Below are positions 1 to 8,726 of a DNA stretch of 32,000 nucleotides, piece after piece. Each line of letters starts with the position of its first letter. Positions within the stretch are counted from its first letter, which is position 1. Location: positions 1,500,001 through 1,532,000 of the forward strand of contig NC_009664.2 in NCBI RefSeq assembly GCF_000017305.1, in the 5' to 3' direction. This DNA comes from Kineococcus radiotolerans SRS30216 = ATCC BAA-149. GTDB taxonomy: Bacteria > Actinomycetota > Actinomycetes > Actinomycetales > Kineococcaceae. Made by a program: the position numbers and the translations under genes. Under the pieces are notes generated by a model. The model saw only the letters and a list, made by a program, of their open reading frames with translations. It had not been told where the DNA came from and did no database searches.

Positions 1-2112
1 GAGGTCGGCAAGGCCGGCTACACCGCCGCGCTGCCGGCCCCCCCGCCGTCCTCCACCGGGGGCGCGGAACCCGGGGACGGGGCGGGACCGGGGGACGGCG
101 AGGTGCGGACGCTGCGCCAGCGGCTCACCGGCGCGGTCGCGCTGTCCGTGCCGGTCATCGTCGTGTCGATGGTCCCCGCCCTGCAGTTCGACCACTGGCA
201 GTGGGCCGCCCTGACCCTGACCGCCCCGGTGGTCACCTGGGCGGCGTGGCCGTTCCACCGGGCCGCCTGGACGAACCTGCGCCACGGCACCGCCACCATG
301 GACACCCTCGTCTCGACGGGCACCCTCAGCGCGTTCCTGTGGTCGCTGTACGCCCTGTTCCTCGGCGACGCCGGCGCCCCCGGGATGACCCACCCCTTCC
401 GGTTCACCCCCACCCCCGGTGACGGCTCCTCGAACACCTACCTCGAGGTCGCGGCCGCGGTGCCGATGTTCGTCCTCGCCGGGCGCTACGTCGAGAAGCG
501 CTCGAAGCGGCAGGCCGGCGCCGCGCTGCGCGCCCTGCTCGACCTGGGCGCCAAGGAGGTCGCGCTGCTGCGCGACGGGGTCGAGACGAGGATCCCCGCC
601 GACCGGCTCGCCGTGGGCGACGAGTTCGTCGTCCGCCCCGGGGAGAAGATCGCCACCGACGGCGTCGTCGTCTCCGGCACCTCCGCCGTCGACGCCTCGA
701 TGCTGACCGGGGAGTCCGTGCCGGTCGAGGTCGGCGGGGGGGACGCCGTCACCGGCGCCACCGTCAACGCCGGCGGGCGCCTCGTCGTGCGCGCCACCCG
801 CGTCGGCTCCGACACCCGGCTCGCCCAGATGGCCCGCCTCGTCGAGGACGCCCAGACCGGCAAGGCCGAGGTCCAGCGCCTGGCCGACCGGGTCTCGGGG
901 GTCTTCGTGCCCGTCGTCGTCGCGATCGCCGTCGCCACCCTGGCGGGCTGGCTCGGCGCGGGGTCCGGGGTCGGCGCCGCCTTCACCGCCGCCGTCGCCG
1001 TCCTCGTCGTGGCCTGCCCCTGCGCCCTCGGCCTGGCCACCCCCACCGCCCTGCTCGTCGGGACCGGTCGCGGCGCCCAGGTGGGGGTCCTCATCAAGGG
1101 CCCCGAGGTCCTGGAGTCCACCCGCCGGGTCGACACCGTCGTGCTCGACAAGACCGGCACCGTCACCACCGGGGAGATGGCGCTGGTCGACGTGATCACC
1201 ACCCCGGGCACCGACCGCACCCTGCTGCTGCGCCTGGCCGGGGCGCTGGAGGACGCCTCCGAGCACCCCGTCGCCCGGGCCGTCGCCCGGGCCGCCACCG
1301 CCGAGGTCGGGCCCCTGCCCACCCCGGAGGACTTCGCCAACGTCGAGGGCCGCGGCGTGCAGGGGGTCGTCCCCCTGGACGGGCCGGCCGGCCGGACCAG
1401 CCACGCCGTGCTCGTGGGGCGCGAGTCCCTGCTGGCCGAGTGGTCCCAGCCCCTGCCCGGGGACCTGTCCGCGGCCAAGGCGCGCGCCGAGGCCGGGGGC
1501 CGGACCGTCGTCGCCGTCGGCTGGGACGGAGCCGCCCGCGGCCTGCTCGTGGTCGCCGACACCGTCAGGCCCACCAGCGCCCGCGCCGTCGCCGAGCTGA
1601 AGGGCCTGGGCCTGACCCCGGTCCTGCTCACCGGGGACAACACCGCCGTGGCCCGGCGGATCGCCGCCGAGGTCGGCATCGACGAGGTCGTCGCCGAGGT
1701 CCTGCCCGCGGGGAAGGTCGACGTCGTCAAGGGCCTGCAGGCGCAGGGCCGGACGGTGGCGGTGGTCGGCGACGGCGTCAACGACGCCCCCGCCCTGGCC
1801 CAGGCCGACCTCGGCCTGGCGATGGGCACCGGCACCGACGTGGCGATCGAGGCCTCCGACATCACCCTGGTGCGCGGGGACCTGCTGAGCGCCGTCGACG
1901 CGATCCGCCTCTCGCGCCGGACGCTGGGCACGATCAGGGGGAACCTGTTCTGGGCCTTCGCCTACAACGTCGCCGCCGTCCCGGTCGCGGCGCTGGGGAT
2001 GCTGAACCCGATGCTCGCCGGGGCCGCGATGGCGTTCTCCTCGGTGTTCGTCGTGGGCAACAGCCTGCGGCTGCGCCGCTTCCGGAGCGTGGCCGGGCAG
2101 CCCGGCGCCTGA
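1..2112 (+). CDS. copA: Heavy-metal (Cu+-type) P1B-type translocating ATPase; 5' end lies outside the window
   Basis: Frame 1 is open from nt 1. It reads [11 protein letters not shown], which looks like the end of an HMA metal-binding domain, and runs into the 669-aa ORF. Motifs seen: CPC transmembrane motif ([12 protein letters not shown]), phosphorylation site DKTGTVT, hinge [10 protein letters not shown]. Stop TGA at 2110-2112. Confidence 0.9.
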   Translation, partial: EVGKAGYTAALPAPPPSSTGGAEPGDGAGPGDGEVRTLRQRLTGAVALSVPVIVVSMVPALQFDHWQWAALTLTAPVVTWAAWPFHRAAWTNLRHGTATMDTLVSTGTLSAFLWSLYALFLGDAGAPGMTHPFRFTPTPGDGSSNTYLEVAAAVPMFVLAGRYVEKRSKRQAGAALRALLDLGAKEVALLRDGVETRIPADRLAVGDEFVVRPGEKIATDGVVVSGTSAVDASMLTGESVPVEVGGGDAVTGATVNAGGRLVVRATRVGSDTRLAQMARLVEDAQTGKAEVQRLADRVSGVFVPVVVAIAVATLAGWLGAGSGVGAAFTAAVAVLVVACPCALGLATPTALLVGTGRGAQVGVLIKGPEVLESTRRVDTVVLDKTGTVTTGEMALVDVITTPGTDRTLLLRLAGALEDASEHPVARAVARAATAEVGPLPTPEDFANVEGRGVQGVVPLDGPAGRTSHAVLVGRESLLAEWSQPLPGDLSAAKARAEAGGRTVVAVGWDGAARGLLVVADTVRPTSARAVAELKGLGLTPVLLTGDNTAVARRIAAEVGIDEVVAEVLPAGKVDVVKGLQAQGRTVAVVGDGVNDAPALAQADLGLAMGTGTDVAIEASDITLVRGDLLSAVDAIRLSRRTLGTIRGNLFWAFAYNVAAVPVAALGMLNPMLAGAAMAFSSVFVVGNSLRLRRFRSVAGQPGA

Positions 2113-2131
2113 GGCCCCTCCCCCGGCGGGC

Positions 2132-2161
2132 GGGGTTCAGCGACCGGGGGTTCAGCGGCCG
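2132..2161. repeat. 15-bp tandem duplication (GGGGTTCAGCGACCG / GGGGTTCAGCGGCCG) spanning the stop codon of the TetR gene
   Basis: Two adjacent 15-mers, 2132-2146 and 2147-2161, differ at one base. On the minus strand each unit carries GGx-CGC-TGA, so a second in-frame TGA lies 15 nt downstream of the real stop. Confidence 0.8.
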
Positions 2162-2769
2162 GTGGCCACCGCGCGGACGTGCTCGGGGAGCTCGGCGACG
2201 ACGGCGTCGAGGAACGCGCCCAGCGCCCCGCGCTCGGCCGAGGCGGCGATCCAGCGCCGGTAGGCCTCCCGCCAGATCGTCAGCAGCAGCCCGGCGGCCA
2301 GGCTCGCCCCGTCGGCGCTGACGCCCTGCGCCCGCAGGAACTCCTCGGACCGCTGCTGCCACCGCGCCTGCTGGGCCAGGTCGCGGGCCCGCAGGGCGGG
2401 GTTGTCGTCCAGGACCCGTTCCCGGGCGCACTTGACCGCGGGGTCCTCGTCCACCGACCGGGCCAGCGTGTTCACCCCGTGCAGCAGCCGGGCCAGCGGG
2501 TGGACGTCGGGGCCGGCGGCGGAGGCCACCTCCACGACCTCGGCGAACGCGTCCTCGTCGGCGGCGAACATCGCCTCGTCCTTGTCGCGCACGTGGCGGA
2601 AGAAGGTGCGGGTGGACATGTCCGCGGCGTCGGCGATGTCGGCGACCGTCGTCGCCTCGTACCCGCGCTCGACGAACAGCCGCAGGGCGTGCTCGGCCAG
2701 GGAGCGCCGGGTGGCGGCCTGCCGCCGTTCACGGGGGGTCGGTCGGTCCACGGCCCCATTCCAGCACAC
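2152..2769 (-). CDS. TetR family transcriptional regulator
   Basis: N-terminal TetR helix-turn-helix signature (SLAEHALRLFVERGYEATTVADIADAADMSTRTFFRHV). Divergent from the SDR gene. The start could be GTG 2769 or GTG 2751. Confidence 0.85.
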   Translation of the reverse strand: MCWNGAVDRPTPRERRQAATRRSLAEHALRLFVERGYEATTVADIADAADMSTRTFFRHVRDKDEAMFAADEDAFAEVVEVASAAGPDVHPLARLLHGVNTLARSVDEDPAVKCARERVLDDNPALRARDLAQQARWQQRSEEFLRAQGVSADGASLAAGLLLTIWREAYRRWIAASAERGALGAFLDAVVAELPEHVRAVATGR

Positions 2770-2786
2770 CGGACTGCAGGGGACGA

Positions 2787-2819
2787 CACCTTGACAAGGT
2801 GAGTCGATGTGTCACATCG
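2787..2819. promoter_or_regulatory. Two adjacent perfect 15-bp palindromes (candidate TetR operators) overlapping a candidate promoter for the SDR gene
   Basis: CACCTTG-A-CAAGGTG at 2787-2801 and CGATGTG-T-CACATCG at 2805-2819, each with 7/7 paired arms. TTGACA at 2791-2796 sits inside palindrome 1. CATCGT at 2815-2820, 18 nt downstream, sits inside palindrome 2. Confidence 0.6.
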
Positions 2820-2869
2820 TGCCAAGTGGGCGCGTACCGACGCCCTCCCCCGCACGACAGGAGCTCACC

Positions 2870-3667
2870 GTGGACGTCACCGGTTCCACCGCACTCATCA
2901 CCGGCGCCTCGGGCGGCATCGGCGCCGGCATCGCCCGGGCCCTGGCCGCCCGCGGCGCCGACCTCGTGCTCGTCGCCCGCAGCGCCGACAAGCTGGAGGC
3001 GCTGGCGGCCGACCTCCGCGCCCGGCACGGCCGCGACGTCCTCGTCGTGCCCCTCGACCTGTCCACCCCCGGCGCCGGGGCCCGCGTGCAGGAGGCGCTG
3101 AGCGGGCGGACCGTCGACGTGCTGGTCAACAACGCCGGGTTCGGGGTCACCGGCCGCCTCGCCGAGACCGAGGACCCCGACCGGCTGAGCGCCATGATCA
3201 CCCTGAACTGCACGACGCTCACCGACCTCACCGCCCGCTTCCTGCCCGCGATGGTCCAGCGGCGCCGCGGGGCGGTGGTCAACATCGCCAGCATGGCCGC
3301 CTACCTGCCCGCCCCCGGCTTCGCCGCGTACGCGGCGACGAAGGCGTTCGTGCTCTCGCTCTCGCAGGCCCTGTGGGCCGAGACCCGCGGCACCGGGGTC
3401 CGGGTCGCGGCCCTGTCCCCGACGGTCACCGACACCGGCTTCTTCGACGTCGCCGGGGAGAACGCGAGCGGGGGGATGCGCCGGCGCAGCGTCGACCAGG
3501 TGGTCGCCACCTTCCTCGACACCCTCGACGGCGACCGCCCCGTCGTCGTCGACGGCCGGCGCAACGAGGTCCTCGCCGCCGCCGCCCACCTCGTCCCGCG
3601 CGGGCCGCTGCTGCGGCTGGTGGGGCCCCGCTTCGCGGACCGCGTCGCCACCGCCCCGGCCGGCTGA
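2870..3667 (+). CDS. Short-chain dehydrogenase/reductase (SDR) family oxidoreductase
   Basis: TGASGGIGAG cofactor motif, NNAG, and catalytic YAATK. I prefer the GTG at 2870, preceded by ACAGGAG (2857-2863). The ORF-track ATG at 2807 lies inside the operator palindrome. Confidence 0.85.
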   Translation: MDVTGSTALITGASGGIGAGIARALAARGADLVLVARSADKLEALAADLRARHGRDVLVVPLDLSTPGAGARVQEALSGRTVDVLVNNAGFGVTGRLAETEDPDRLSAMITLNCTTLTDLTARFLPAMVQRRRGAVVNIASMAAYLPAPGFAAYAATKAFVLSLSQALWAETRGTGVRVAALSPTVTDTGFFDVAGENASGGMRRRSVDQVVATFLDTLDGDRPVVVDGRRNEVLAAAAHLVPRGPLLRLVGPRFADRVATAPAG

Positions 3668-3673
3668 GCACCC

Positions 3674-3716
3674 GGCCCGCGGGGGTCCCGCCCCGCCGCG
3701 GAGGACCCCGCGGGCC
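3674..3716 (+). terminator. GC-rich stem-loop immediately downstream of the SDR stop (candidate intrinsic terminator without a U-tract)
   Basis: GGCCCGCGGGGGTCC (3674-3688) pairs with GGACCCCGCGGGCC (3703-3716). That gives 14 bp with one bulged G and a 14-nt loop. Confidence 0.45.
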
Positions 3717-3733
3717 CCGCTAGCGTCGCGGAG

Positions 3734-4915
3734 GTGGGCATGCGGGTCGCGGTCGTCGGAGCGGGCATCGGCGGTCTCGTGCTCGCCGCGGGGTTGCAGC
3801 GGGACGGGCACCGCGTCCGCGTCCACGAGCGGCGCGCGGACGCCGGGACGAGCGGCGCGGGCCTGACGCTCTTCGGCAACGCCTTCGCCGCGCTGGACGC
3901 GGTGGGGCTGGGCGACGACGTCCGCGCCGTCAGCGGGACGGGCCTCGCGGGCCTGCGCGCGGGTCAGCGGCGGCCCTCGGGCCGGTGGCTGGCGGTCCTG
4001 CCCCCGGAGGCCACGGCGTCCTCGCGCAGCGTGCACCGCGCGGACCTGCACCGCGTCCTGCTCGCCCGCCTCCAGGACGGTTCGCTGCGGACCGGCTCCC
4101 CGGTCACGGTGTCGGGCGACGGCTCACCGGTGCTGCGGACCCCCGACGGGGAGGAGGAGCACGACCTCGTCGTCGCCGCCGACGGCCTGCGCAGCACCAG
4201 CCGGCGCGTCCTGGGCCTGGACACCGGCACCCGCCCCGCCGGCTACACCGCCTGGCGCGGGGTCACCCGGGGCCCCCTCGACGTCGGCGGGCAGGCGGGG
4301 GAGACCTGGGGGCGGGGGCAGCGGTTCGGGATCGTCCCCCTGCCCGACGGCCGCGTCTACTGGTTCGCCACCGCGACCACGCCCGGGTCCCCGGAGTCCC
4401 CCGCGTCCCCCGCGTCGCCCGGGTCCGCCGACGAGCACGACGCGGTGCGGGAACGGTTCGCGACGTGGCACGACCCGGTGCCGGCGTGCGTCGACGCGAC
4501 CGCGCGGGAGGACGTGCTGCGGCACGACGTCCACGACCTCGCCCGCCCGCTGGCCTCCTTCGTCAAGGGCCGGACGGTGCTCCTGGGGGACGCGGCGCAC
4601 GCGATGACCCCGGACCTGGGGCAGGGGGCCGGTCAGGCCGTCGAGGACGCCGCCACCCTCGTCGTCCTCCTGCGCTCGAACCCGGGCACCGGCGACGGCC
4701 TGGCCGCGGCCCTGGCCCGCTACGACCACGAGCGCCGCCGTCGCACGGCGGTGCTGGCCCGGCGGTCCCGGCTCGTGGGCGCGGTGGGGCAGCTCTCCCA
4801 CCCCCTCGCCGTCGCGGTGCGCGACGGGGTCCTGCGGGCGACCCCGGCCGCCGCGCTCGCGCGGGCGGCCGAGCAGGTGCAGCGCTGGACGCCCCCGGCA
4901 CCGGCCCGCCGCTGA
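3734..4915 (+). CDS. FAD-dependent aromatic-ring monooxygenase (salicylate/UbiH-like hydroxylase family)
   Basis: N-terminal VAVVGAGIGGL dinucleotide-binding motif and C-terminal LLGDAAHAMTPDLGQGAGQAVEDA motif. The start is either GTG 3734 (TAGCGT -10 box 7 nt upstream, leaderless geometry) or ATG 3740 (GGAGG 5 nt upstream). Confidence 0.85.
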   Translation: MGMRVAVVGAGIGGLVLAAGLQRDGHRVRVHERRADAGTSGAGLTLFGNAFAALDAVGLGDDVRAVSGTGLAGLRAGQRRPSGRWLAVLPPEATASSRSVHRADLHRVLLARLQDGSLRTGSPVTVSGDGSPVLRTPDGEEEHDLVVAADGLRSTSRRVLGLDTGTRPAGYTAWRGVTRGPLDVGGQAGETWGRGQRFGIVPLPDGRVYWFATATTPGSPESPASPASPGSADEHDAVRERFATWHDPVPACVDATAREDVLRHDVHDLARPLASFVKGRTVLLGDAAHAMTPDLGQGAGQAVEDAATLVVLLRSNPGTGDGLAAALARYDHERRRRTAVLARRSRLVGAVGQLSHPLAVAVRDGVLRATPAAALARAAEQVQRWTPPAPARR

Positions 4916-5101
4916 CCGCACCGGGGCACCCCTCCCGCCGGGGCCGCGGGCGGCCCGGGTGCGGCGCTGGGCCGTCCGGGCGGGGCGCGCTCCCGGGGCC
5001 CGGGGCGGGCGGGTAGTCTCCGCCCGACCCGGGAGGTGCCGCCGTGCTGTTCGTCCACGACGACCCCGGCGCGCCCGCGCCGTGCTCCCCCCCGACCGCC
5101 C

Positions 5102-5539
5102 GTGCCTGACCCCGTCCCGGCCCCGGCGCCGGGGGTGCTGCGCCTCGTGCTGGACGCCGAGACCTCCGCGGTCCCGCTGGCCCGGCACTGGTCCTCGGAG
5201 GTGTGCACCCGCCGGGGGCTGTCGGCCGACGCCCTCGGTGTGCTGCAGCTGCTGGTGACCGAGGCGGTGGCGAACGCGGTCGAGCACGGCCGGGGCCCCA
5301 TCACCGTCGAGATCGCCTGCCCCGCCGCGGACGGCGTCGCGGGCCCGGTCCGCGTCACGGTGCACGACACCGAACCGCGCCTGCCCGTCCTGCGCCACGT
5401 CGGGGCGATGGCCACCGGGGGGCGCGGCGTCGCCCTCATCGACCAGCTGGCCACCGGCTGGGGGGTCCGCGAGGAACGCGGCGCGGGCAAGGCCGTCTGG
5501 TTCGAGGTGGCCCCCGGGACCACCTGGCCCGAGGTCTGA
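5102..5539 (+). CDS. RsbW/SpoIIAB-like anti-sigma-factor serine kinase (HATPase_c-type ATP-binding protein)
   Basis: LLVTEAVANAVEHG (N-box-like) and GGRGVALIDQLATGWG (G-box-like) motifs on a small (about 135-145 aa) protein. The start is uncertain: in-frame GTGs occur at 5036, 5102 and 5135. Confidence 0.6.
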   Translation: MPDPVPAPAPGVLRLVLDAETSAVPLARHWSSEVCTRRGLSADALGVLQLLVTEAVANAVEHGRGPITVEIACPAADGVAGPVRVTVHDTEPRLPVLRHVGAMATGGRGVALIDQLATGWGVREERGAGKAVWFEVAPGTTWPEV

Positions 5540-5545
5540 CCCGGT

Positions 5546-6400
5546 TCAGCCGCGCAGCGGACCCGGCCGGGACCCCTCGCGCAGGTCCACGACCCGTCCC
5601 GTCCCCCCGGGCTCCCCGGGCCCGGGCCGGCGCCCGCCGGGGGGGACGAGGACGACGGGCGCGCGCAGCGTCCGGACCGGCAGCTCCGCCACCGTCCCCG
5701 ACGCGACGACCACGAGGTCGCCCACGGTGAGGCGCTGGGGCACCACCTCGCCGGGGAACCCCTCGACCACCTCGGCGCGCAGCGGTCCGCGCCCGGCCGC
5801 CAGCCGCGACCGCGCCGCCTCGTGCTGGGCCGCGGCGGCCGAGCGGGCGTGCCGGAGCTCCGCCGCCCCGGGCGCGGCGGCGGCCGACCAGGGCCACCAG
5901 GTGGTCACCAGCCGCACCGGCAGGTCCCCGCCGCGCTCGAGGACCCACCCCGCGACCGCGTCGTCCGCGGAGGAGACCACGAGCACCCGGCGCGGGGCCG
6001 TCAGCACGGCCTGCGGCCCCACCAGGACCAGCGGGGCGGGCGTGCGGGGCAGGACGACCCGCAGGACCCGGCCGGTGCCCGCCCCCACCGACGCCACCCG
6101 GCGCCCGCACCCCAGGACGAGCGCCGCGCTGTCCGCGGCGGCCGACAGCAGGGCGGGGCCGGGTTCCCCCGTGGTGACGGTGACGTCGACCTCGGGTCCG
6201 CGGCCCGGGACGCGGAGCAGCTCGTCGGCCAGCAGGGCCTCCAGGTCGCCGGGGCCGGCCGCCGCCCCGCGGGCCAGGACGACGTGCAGCGGGCGCCCGC
6301 GGGCCGCGCAGTCCCGCAGGGCCCAGCGCACCGCCCGGCGCGAGGCCCCCGATCCGGGGAAGCCCACCGTCGTCCGCGTCGTCCGCGTCGTCCCCGGCAT
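5546..6400 (-). CDS. Tandem universal stress protein (UspA)-like protein with degenerate nucleotide-binding motifs
   Basis: This is the C-terminal 284 aa of the 676-aa ORF. It contains two USP-like halves (RRAVRWALRDCAARGRPLHVVLA... and RRVLVVSSADDAVAGWVLERG...VVVASGT...PVVLVP). ATG at 6400 is preceded by GAGGAGG. The upstream part of the ORF is an out-of-frame overlap with the LacI gene. Confidence 0.5.
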   Translation of the reverse strand: MPGTTRTTRTTVGFPGSGASRRAVRWALRDCAARGRPLHVVLARGAAAGPGDLEALLADELLRVPGRGPEVDVTVTTGEPGPALLSAAADSAALVLGCGRRVASVGAGTGRVLRVVLPRTPAPLVLVGPQAVLTAPRRVLVVSSADDAVAGWVLERGGDLPVRLVTTWWPWSAAAAPGAAELRHARSAAAAQHEAARSRLAAGRGPLRAEVVEGFPGEVVPQRLTVGDLVVVASGTVAELPVRTLRAPVVLVPPGGRRPGPGEPGGTGRVVDLREGSRPGPLRG

Positions 6401-6522
6401 GCGCCCGCCTCCTCGCGGTCGGCCGCGACGCTCCGCGCGGCTGCGTCCGATCCTCCTCCCGGACCCGCCGGCGCACAACGGGACCGCCGTCCCGGCCCCG
6501 CGGGCCCGCGCGGGCCGGCGGC

Positions 6523-7548
6523 TCAGCGCGTCCCCGGCTCCGTCCCCGCGGTGCTCTCGCGCACCACCAGCCGGTGCGGCACGACGATCCGCTGGGGCGC
6601 CGCCGCGCTGCGCCGGTCGATGCGGTCGGCCAGGCACATGAGCGCGCGGGCGGCGATCTGCTGCTTGTCCGGGGAGACGGTGGTCAGCGAGGGCGTCGCG
6701 TACCGGCCGTCCTCGATGTCGTCGAACCCGGCCAGGGCGACGTCCTCGGGGACGCGGCACCCGCGCCGCGCCGCCGCCCGCAGCGCCCCCAGCGCGAGGC
6801 CGTCGCTGAAGCAGAAGACGGCGTCGGGGGGCCGCGGGGCGTCCAGGAGCGCCTCCATCGCGCGGGCCCCCTGGGCGCGGTGCAGCGCCTCGACGGGCAC
6901 CTCCAGGGCGTCCTCGGGGGCCAGGCCGGCGTCGGCCAGCGCCCGGCGGTGGCCCAGGAGCCGCTGCGCGGCGGTGCCGTTGGACAGGTGCGGCTGCAAC
7001 CCCACGGCCGCGATGCGGCGCCGCCCCAGCGACAGGAGGTGGGTCGTCACCGCGTGCGCGGCGGCGACGTTGTCCACCGTGACGTGGTCGGCCGCCCCGG
7101 CGGGGTCGCGCTCGCCCAGGACGACGAGGGGACGGGCCCCCGCGTGCCGGGACAGCTCCTCGGGCGGCAGCGCCCAGGGGCTGACCACCAGCCCGTCCAG
7201 CCCCCGGCCCCCGCGGCCCTCCAGCAGGCGGCGCTCGCCCTCGGCGGTGCCGCCGGACTCCTCGACGACGACGGTCCAGGAGCGTTCCAGGGCGGTCTGG
7301 ACGACGAGCCCCGCCAGCTCGGCGAAGTAGGCGGAGGTCAGCTCGGGGACGACCAGGCCGATGAGGCCGGTGCGCCCGCCGCGCAGCTGGCGGGCGGCGA
7401 GGTTGGGCCGGTAGCCCAGCTCGTCGACGACCCGCTGGACGCGCGCGCGGGTCGCGGGGGCGACCTGGCCGGTCCCGCTGACGACGTTGGAGACCGTCCG
7501 CACCGAGACCCCGGCCCTGGCCGCGACCTCGCGCAGGTTCGCCGTCAC
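6523..7548 (-). CDS. LacI family transcriptional regulator
   Basis: N-terminal HTH TANLREVAARAGVSVRTVSNVVSG...ATRARVQRVVDELGYRPNLAARQLR, followed by a periplasmic-binding-protein-like sugar-binding fold. GTG at 7548 is preceded by GAGGGGGG. Confidence 0.9.
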   Translation of the reverse strand: MTANLREVAARAGVSVRTVSNVVSGTGQVAPATRARVQRVVDELGYRPNLAARQLRGGRTGLIGLVVPELTSAYFAELAGLVVQTALERSWTVVVEESGGTAEGERRLLEGRGGRGLDGLVVSPWALPPEELSRHAGARPLVVLGERDPAGAADHVTVDNVAAAHAVTTHLLSLGRRRIAAVGLQPHLSNGTAAQRLLGHRRALADAGLAPEDALEVPVEALHRAQGARAMEALLDAPRPPDAVFCFSDGLALGALRAAARRGCRVPEDVALAGFDDIEDGRYATPSLTTVSPDKQQIAARALMCLADRIDRRSAAAPQRIVVPHRLVVRESTAGTEPGTR

Positions 7549-7636
7549 CCGTGCCCCCCTCGTCCTGGCGCCGCACCCTCCGGCCGGCCGTCGGGTGATC
7601 GTCGCACGGCTACTCCCACCCCGACCTTGCCATGTC

Positions 7637-7654
7637 GCATGCCACGTTGCATGC
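7637..7654. promoter_or_regulatory. Candidate LacI-family operator (18-bp palindrome with a central CG)
   Basis: GCATGCCACGTTGCATGC has 8 of 9 arm positions paired and is centred on CG at 7645/7646. It lies in the divergent LacI-PhyH intergenic region. Confidence 0.55.
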
Positions 7655-7690
7655 TGTGGGGACCCAGCACTCGACGAAGAGGTGGACCCC

Positions 7691-8548
7691 GTGACCACGA
7701 CCGCCGGAACCCCGGGCCCGACCACCGCGACCACCGCGGATCCCAGCACCGAGGAGCTCGTCGCCACCATCTACCGGGACGGCATCGTCGCCCGGAAGGG
7801 CGCGTTCAGCCCCGAGTGGGCCGACCGGCTCCGCGAGGACATCGAGACCGCCTTCGAGGAGGCCCGCTCCCGCCCCGACGGCGCGGTGGGCCGCGGCCCG
7901 AACCGCTACTACGTGGAGATCCACCCCGAGCAGATGCGCGGGTTCGTCGACCTCGTCGACCACCCGTGGGTGCGCCAGGTGTGCACCGGCGTCCTCGGCG
8001 AGGACTACGAGATCGTCGAGCTCGGCTTCGACGTCCCCTTCGCCGGCGCCGTGAACCAGCCCTGGCACCGCGACTTCCCCGCCCCCGAGGAGACGAAGCG
8101 CGACCGGCGCCTGACCTCCCTGGCCTTCAACCTCACCGCGGTCGACACCGAGGAGGACATGGGTCCCTTCGAGGTCGCCCCCGGCACCCAGTTCGACGAC
8201 GGGTCGCAGTTCGAGCACGAGATGTTCCCCGACAAGTCCGTCTACGGCCGCTACGAGGAACTGGCCGTGCGCAAGTACCCCCAGCGCGGCGACGTCTCCG
8301 CCCGCTCCGCCCTGACCATCCACCGCGGGACGAGGAACCTCTCGCAGAAGTCGCGGCCCGTGCTCGTCCTCGGCGTCGACGCCCCCGGCGCCGGCAACGC
8401 CGAGCACCACGACATGGCCGTGACGAAGCAGTACTGGGAGCGCCTGCCCGAGCGGGTCAAGGCCCACCTGCACTGCCCCGTGGTGGACGAGCTCACCCCC
8501 ATCACGCAGAAGCACACCATCGAGGGCCTGGTCATGGGCGAGGCCTGA
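7691..8548 (+). CDS. Phytanoyl-CoA dioxygenase (PhyH) family Fe(II)/2-oxoglutarate-dependent oxygenase
   Basis: HxD iron motif in QPWHRDFP and distal His/Arg in LTIHRGTRN. The overall length is typical of PhyH-family proteins. GTG at 7691 is preceded by GAAGAGGTGG. Confidence 0.75.
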   Translation: MTTTAGTPGPTTATTADPSTEELVATIYRDGIVARKGAFSPEWADRLREDIETAFEEARSRPDGAVGRGPNRYYVEIHPEQMRGFVDLVDHPWVRQVCTGVLGEDYEIVELGFDVPFAGAVNQPWHRDFPAPEETKRDRRLTSLAFNLTAVDTEEDMGPFEVAPGTQFDDGSQFEHEMFPDKSVYGRYEELAVRKYPQRGDVSARSALTIHRGTRNLSQKSRPVLVLGVDAPGAGNAEHHDMAVTKQYWERLPERVKAHLHCPVVDELTPITQKHTIEGLVMGEA

Positions 8549-8576
8549 GCGGCCCCCCGCCGGCCACCCGCGAGCG

Positions 8577-8697
8577 GGGTTCCGGCGGGGGTTCCCGTTG
8601 CCGCCGGACGGGGGTTCCCGGCCCCTCCCCCGGGGGTGCGGGGGCGCGCTCGGGGGCCGGTCGGAGCGCCCGCGACTGCTAGTGTCCTCGGGTTCCG
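8577..8697 (+). repeat. Four direct copies of GGGTTCC(C/G)G between the PhyH stop and the permease start
   Basis: Copies start at 8577, 8589, 8612 and 8690. The last lies just downstream of a TAGTGT -10-like box at 8680-8685. Confidence 0.6.
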
Positions 8698-8726
8698 AAT
8701 CCCCCCACCGCCCGCGAGGAGTCCCC

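Noticed and set aside
486-1931. 481-aa ORF antisense to the P-type ATPase, and similar alternate-frame ORFs at 419-706 and 1440-2321
   Set aside because: The translations are Arg/Pro/Ser/Thr/Ala-rich low-complexity sequence, typical of off-frame reading in very GC-rich DNA. They are fully overlapped by a frame with unambiguous P-type ATPase motifs.
5546-7576. 676-aa minus-strand ORF as a single gene, and the plus-strand ORFs 5822-7330 and 6574-8682
   Set aside because: Only the last 284 aa (from ATG 6400, with a GAGGAGG SD sequence) look like a protein (USP-like). The upstream 390 aa are Arg/Gly/Pro nonsense overlapping the well-supported LacI gene in another frame.
8688-8712. tRNA T-arm-like string GGGTTCCGAATCCCCCCACC, considered as a possible tRNA or attachment-site remnant
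   Set aside because: The loop would be 8 nt (TTCCGAAT) with only a 3-bp stem. No acceptor, D or anticodon arms can be folded from the upstream 70 nt. No integrase or other mobile-element gene is nearby. It is better explained as the fourth copy of the local GGGTTCC repeat.
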